Assembly: GCF_006345805.1 (NCBI RefSeq)
Contig: NC_043005.1
Location: 61,938,001 to 62,002,000, forward strand
From: Octopus sinensis
Taxonomy: Eukaryota
Length of the DNA: 64,000 nt
Reading direction: 5' to 3'
Below are positions 61,508 through 64,000 of this stretch, one piece after another. The notes beneath the pieces are model-generated. The model was not told the DNA's origin. It did not search any database and saw only the letters and a list, made by a program, of their open reading frames with translations. The stretch's first letter is position 1. Each line of letters opens with the position of its first letter. The translations under genes and the position numbers were made by a program.

Positions 61508-63469
61508 AGGTTTTGGACACACACACTTATGCACATATGTGTTTATGTGCATGCTAGTTCTGCAACCCATTGCTAAAATTATTAGTATCATTAAGAATTA
61601 TGCATTGTTTATTAAATGTAATTATCTGGTGACATACATAACTTTGTCACCTCCAGGACTGTTAATGATAACTATGATTGTACGTAAAGCTATTGCTATA
61701 ATGAATTGATGTGAATTTTAGTTCTTTTGTCACTCATGTCCATCTATGCTCAATGCTCTAACAAGACTGGAACACATACAAAATTGTTCTCATACTGCCA
61801 AAAACTAGACTCACTCTCACTGCAAGCCCTAATGTTTTTAACTAATTTAAGCCTTTGTGTCGTCTCCTCTATTTTACTTGACCAGATGTAATCATTTATC
61901 TAATGGATTTTTACTTCTCCTTAGACTAATTATGACCAATTAAAATTTCATGTCTCACTGCATATTGTATGCTAGCATTTATTTAACTATTTATAACCTT
62001 GCATTTGTGTCCCATAGAGACTGGTTATTATTTAACTCCATGTCAGCCTTTTTGAAACAAACCTGTAATTAGAAGCATTCAAGCCATGTACATTCCATCT
62101 TTTGTGTATATATATTTGGTAGTCAAGAGATTAAAAGAGACCAGTTAGAATGATGGGAAGATAACATAATGAAAAAATCTGGGCTCACCTAGAAGAGAAG
62201 GGTACAATCAAATGAAAAATGGAAGTGGATTGTAACCAGCAATCCCTATAAATGTCTGATAGTCTGATTGATAGAGCAACACTTTAGTTATCTGTTACTA
62301 CATCACCCAATGTGTTACTACTTTTCAAGCTAATGAGATAGTGTGAAGGAAATTTAGCTACTATTTCTAGCTGGCTGAGCATGGAGAATATGGGTGGAGA
62401 ACTTTTCATCTTCAGATTTGAAGCAGGTGCTGATCACCATCATTAAAAACCCACAAAGTAAAAAACGATTTTAAGCCTTAAGCTCAAAGCATTAATTTAA
62501 TGTATTAGTCAGTGAATTGGTTGTGGATAGAATGCCTCAATATTTGTTCTAACTCTGTACTTTAGGTTCAAATCCCAATGTAGTCAACTTTGCCTTTTAT
62601 GTTATTGATGTTGATTACAAAAGTACCAATCCAGGATGATGAATTAATGGAACTGTTACAGCATTGGACAACAAAATATCTTGCCGTATCAATACTAGCT
62701 TTTTGTGTTCTGAAAGAAACCACTTGCAATAATACTAGTGCTAAGCTGTAGTGGCTTTTAGCTGGGGTCTTCACCTTAGACAACACTGGTAGCATAGATA
62801 GGGTATATTTCGATGTATGGGCAATGGTTATAATTTCATGAAAATATCCTTGCTCCGGCCTATGTTTATAGATGTAGATACAACATAGTTATAAATTTGT
62901 AAAATTAATGATTTATTAATTTATTCAATATAGATGTTCAATAACAGCTTTTTATATATTTGCAATTCAATTCAGACACTAGAAAAAAAATTCCCTCCCT
63001 GATGCCAGAAGCTTCCACAATTTATTCAGTAAAGTCATTTAATTATGTTATATGAACAAACAAATCATGCCAGCTTCCAAACGAAAATCTAATAACAACA
63101 ACTGCTGTGAATCATTCATATGTAACCTACATTTTATTGAACTAAGTTAATTGTAAATTTGTTTTAATGAACATTATAATTATCATATATATTATAAATT
63201 GAGGTTTTGATATAAATTATAATTTTAATAGAAATTACAAATCAGTGGTTTAATATAAATTATAATCATGTAAATTATATTTCAATATACATTATACTTT
63301 ATAATTTTAATAGAAATTATAAATTGTTATTTTTGAGTTGGATTATAAATTTAATATGACTTATAAACTGATGTTTTAATGTATGTTATAATTTAAGTAT
63401 GACTTATATATTGAAATGACTATATAAACAATATCAAACTTTGTCTTTTCATTCCAATGGATTGGCAGA

Positions 63470-63570
63470 ATCAGCAATGCACGAGACAAAATATCTGCAG
63501 TATTTAGTTATGGTGTTTTATGTTCTGAGTTCAAATCCTGCTTAGGACAGCTTTGCCTTTCCTCCTCCTA
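63470..63570 (+). mobile_element. SINE family A fragment
   Basis: TGGCAGAATCAGCA...TATGTTCTGAGTTCAAATCC...CTTTGCCTTTC. Confidence 0.7.
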
Positions 63571-64000
63571 GGCAATATGAACCTCCTAGTTAAGTCGCCT
63601 TTCATTTAGTTCCAACTATTTCTCATTTCTTGGATTGAAGTTTTCATATCACAGGTTCCATTGCAGTATGTGCTGACAGAACTCTGATTTTATTCTCTGT
63701 CAATTTTGGTGTATGTCAAGATTTATGATATCCTTCACAGTCTTACCTCTGTATACTTAACGACTAATTGCTATGATTTCTAGCCTCATGATATTTACAC
63801 ATCTTTTGTAGTTGATGCCATCCTTTGCTTCTCTTTAATATACAGTGTTTAATCTGTCCAGGTTATGAAATACACTGCACTTATAAACAATGGGAATATG
63901 ACAACCATTTTGTCGCTTCAGCATTACCAAGATGCAATCACAGCACATATTATATAACCTTATGTCACACTATTTAACCCTTTAGCATTCAGATTACTCT

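Overview
This is AT-rich, microsatellite-dense animal genomic DNA with no prokaryotic features and no host coding exon I can identify with confidence. The repeat repertoire points to an octopus or another coleoid cephalopod (an inference from remembered SINE sequences, not a database search). It includes two abundant tRNA-headed SINE families, RTE LINEs with (ATG)n tails, Tc1/mariner, pogo, hAT, Helitron, Ty3/Gypsy and L1/Tx1 relics. Three things stand out. (1) Merlin (IS1016/IS1595-like) DNA transposons: four intact non-autonomous copies in two families, all with GG...CC ends and perfect 8-bp TSDs. One family is a foldback type that still carries a Merlin transposase C-terminus. The other is a ~408-bp MITE whose likely parent survives as a transposase relic at 37.8-38.5 kb. 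(2) A decayed intronless SGNH/GDSL-hydrolase-like gene on the minus strand at 39.3-40.0 kb, converging on that relic. (3) By eye, CpG-poor flanks (1-8.7 kb and ~38-64 kb) surround a CpG-retaining block (8.7-38 kb), with promoter-like motifs at both edges. This suggests two divergently transcribed, body-methylated genes, so most flanking sequence would be intronic. All protein calls come from hand translation and remembered motifs.
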